Shown: positions 62,626-64,000 of the stretch, piece after piece
Layout of the letters: each line of letters opens with the position of its first letter
Position numbering within the stretch: the first letter of the stretch is position 1
Assembly: GCA_965213705.1 (NCBI GenBank)
Contig: OZ243913.1
Span: 2,720,001 to 2,784,000 of the forward strand
Direction of reading: 5' to 3'
DNA: 64,000 bases
From: Trueperaceae bacterium
Lineage (GTDB): Bacteria; Deinococcota; Deinococci; Deinococcales; Trueperaceae
Translations under genes and position numbers: made by a program
Notes under the pieces: model-generated
Seen by the model: the letters and a program-made list of their open reading frames with translations, nothing else
Databases searched by the model: none
What the model was told of the DNA's origin: nothing

Positions 62626-62634
62626 CCGCAGCCT

Positions 62635-63399
62635 CTAACCCGCCGCGACGGTAGCCGCTTTGATGATGGCTGCGAAGTCGTCCACGTCCAAACTCGCCCC
62701 GCCGACGAGGCCGCCGTTCACGTCTCTTTTGGCGAGCAGTTCGGCGGCGTTGCCAGGTTTCATGCTGCCGCCGTAGAGGACGCGCACGTCTTCGGCGTGG
62801 GCGGGATAGAGGTCGCGCAAGGCTCGCCGCAACGCCGCACTCATCTCCTGCGCGTCCCCAGCGGTCGCCGTTTTGCCCGTGCCGATGGCCCAAATCGGCT
62901 CGTAGGCAATCACGAGGTCGGCGGGGTCTTGAAACGTTACCCTGTCCAGACCCCCGCGGAGTTGCCTCAAAACAATCTCCTCTTGCTCGCCCGCGTCCCG
63001 TTGTGCGGCACTCTCGCCGACGCAGAGGATGGGGCGGAGACCGTGCTCCAAGGCTTTCAACACCTTGGCGTTGACCAGCGCGTCGCCCTCGGCGTGGTAC
63101 TCGCGCCGCTCGCTGTGCCCGACGATGGCGTAGGTTGCGCCCGCGTCGGCAAGCATGGCGGCGGAAACCTCGCCCGTGTACGCGCCCGCCTCGAACGGGC
63201 TCACGTCCTGCGCGCCTACCTGTACCGGGCTGTCGGCGAACAGCGTCTTAAGCGCCAAAAGATGCGTAAACGGCGCGCAGACGAGCACTTCGGCCTTCAG
63301 GTCTATGCGGTGAAGCGCGTCCTTGAACGCCAAGGCCCAGTCTTCGGACTCGGAGGGGAGTTTGTTCATTTTCCAGTTGCCGGCGATGAGGGGTGTCAT
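62635..63399 (-). CDS. tpiA: Triosephosphate isomerase
   Basis: IAGNWKMN, GHSERR, AYEPIWAIGTG, YGGS, LVGGASL. Confidence 0.96.
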   Translation of the reverse strand: MTPLIAGNWKMNKLPSESEDWALAFKDALHRIDLKAEVLVCAPFTHLLALKTLFADSPVQVGAQDVSPFEAGAYTGEVSAAMLADAGATYAIVGHSERREYHAEGDALVNAKVLKALEHGLRPILCVGESAAQRDAGEQEEIVLRQLRGGLDRVTFQDPADLVIAYEPIWAIGTGKTATAGDAQEMSAALRRALRDLYPAHAEDVRVLYGGSMKPGNAAELLAKRDVNGGLVGGASLDVDDFAAIIKAATVAAG

Positions 63400-63541
63400 G
63401 GCGTCAACCATACCGCAAGACCCGCGGCTTGCGCAGTGTTTTCGTGAGCGATGGGGAGCTGGGAAGCGGAGGAGATAGGGAGAAAGAGCTTTTGACGTTA
63501 CTTTTCTCTTTCCACTTTCCATTCGGTCCTCGGTACTTCTT

Positions 63542-64000
63542 TTACAGCCACTTCTTCCGCCGAAAGTAAAAAAGCATCCCGCCGCCGACGACGAGGCAAA
63601 TCAGCCAAAAAACCTCGTAGCCGAACCGCCAGTGCAGCTCGGGGATGTTCGCGAAGTTCATGCCGTAAACGCCCGCCAGAAAGCTCAGCGGCAAAAAGAT
63701 GGTGCCGACGATGGTCAAGACTTTCATCACCTCGTTCATCTTGAGGCTGAGGCTCGACAAGTAAAAGTCGTGGAGGCTCGAGAGCACCTCGCGCAGCGTT
63801 TCGACCGTGTCGATGACCTGCACGCTGTGGTCGTGGACATCGCGGATATAGGTGCGCACGCCGTCGTGAACGAGCGGCGTTTCCTCGCGCTGCAGCGAAC
63901 CCATAAGTTCGCGGAGCGGCCAGACCGCCTTGCGCAGGTAGAGCATTTCGCGCTTCAAGGTGTTGACCCGGCCCAGCACCTGCGGCGACGGGTCTTGGAG
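63542..64000 (-). CDS. corA: Magnesium/cobalt transporter CorA (3' part, truncated by window)
   Basis: MNEVMKVLT, YGMNF, PELHW. Confidence 0.9.
   Translation of the reverse strand, partial: LQDPSPQVLGRVNTLKREMLYLRKAVWPLRELMGSLQREETPLVHDGVRTYIRDVHDHSVQVIDTVETLREVLSSLHDFYLSSLSLKMNEVMKVLTIVGTIFLPLSFLAGVYGMNFANIPELHWRFGYEVFWLICLVVGGGMLFYFRRKKWL

Overview
High-GC bacterial chromosomal window, most likely Deinococcota (Trueperaceae-like). This placement is inferred from gene content (bshB1, PEGA proteins, mreD-mrdA-minC, GS type III) and from many leaderless genes. It is mostly housekeeping: dcd, RlmI-like methyltransferase, bshB1, plsY, ispD/ispE, GS III, prfA, minC/mrdA/mreD, ffh, purH, ppk2, argB, tpiA, corA and four tRNAs (Ser-CGA, Arg-CCT, Arg-CCG, Ala-CGC). 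Notable elements: (1) an HNH-endonuclease intein in dCTP deaminase; (2) a defence/addiction hotspot at 21.3-26.9 kb next to tRNA-Arg(CCT), made of a Type IIG restriction-modification gene with a foreign low-GC specificity segment followed by a diverged, tandemly repeated and partly decayed array of toxin-antitoxin modules; (3) a candidate ~70-nt sRNA at 14.14-14.21 kb; (4) an imelysin / di-heme / imelysin / HTTM operon with a perfect operator-like palindrome; (5) window-wide strong excess of CTCGAG (also building terminator hairpins) together with strong GATC avoidance. All calls come from reading the sequence; no searches were run.
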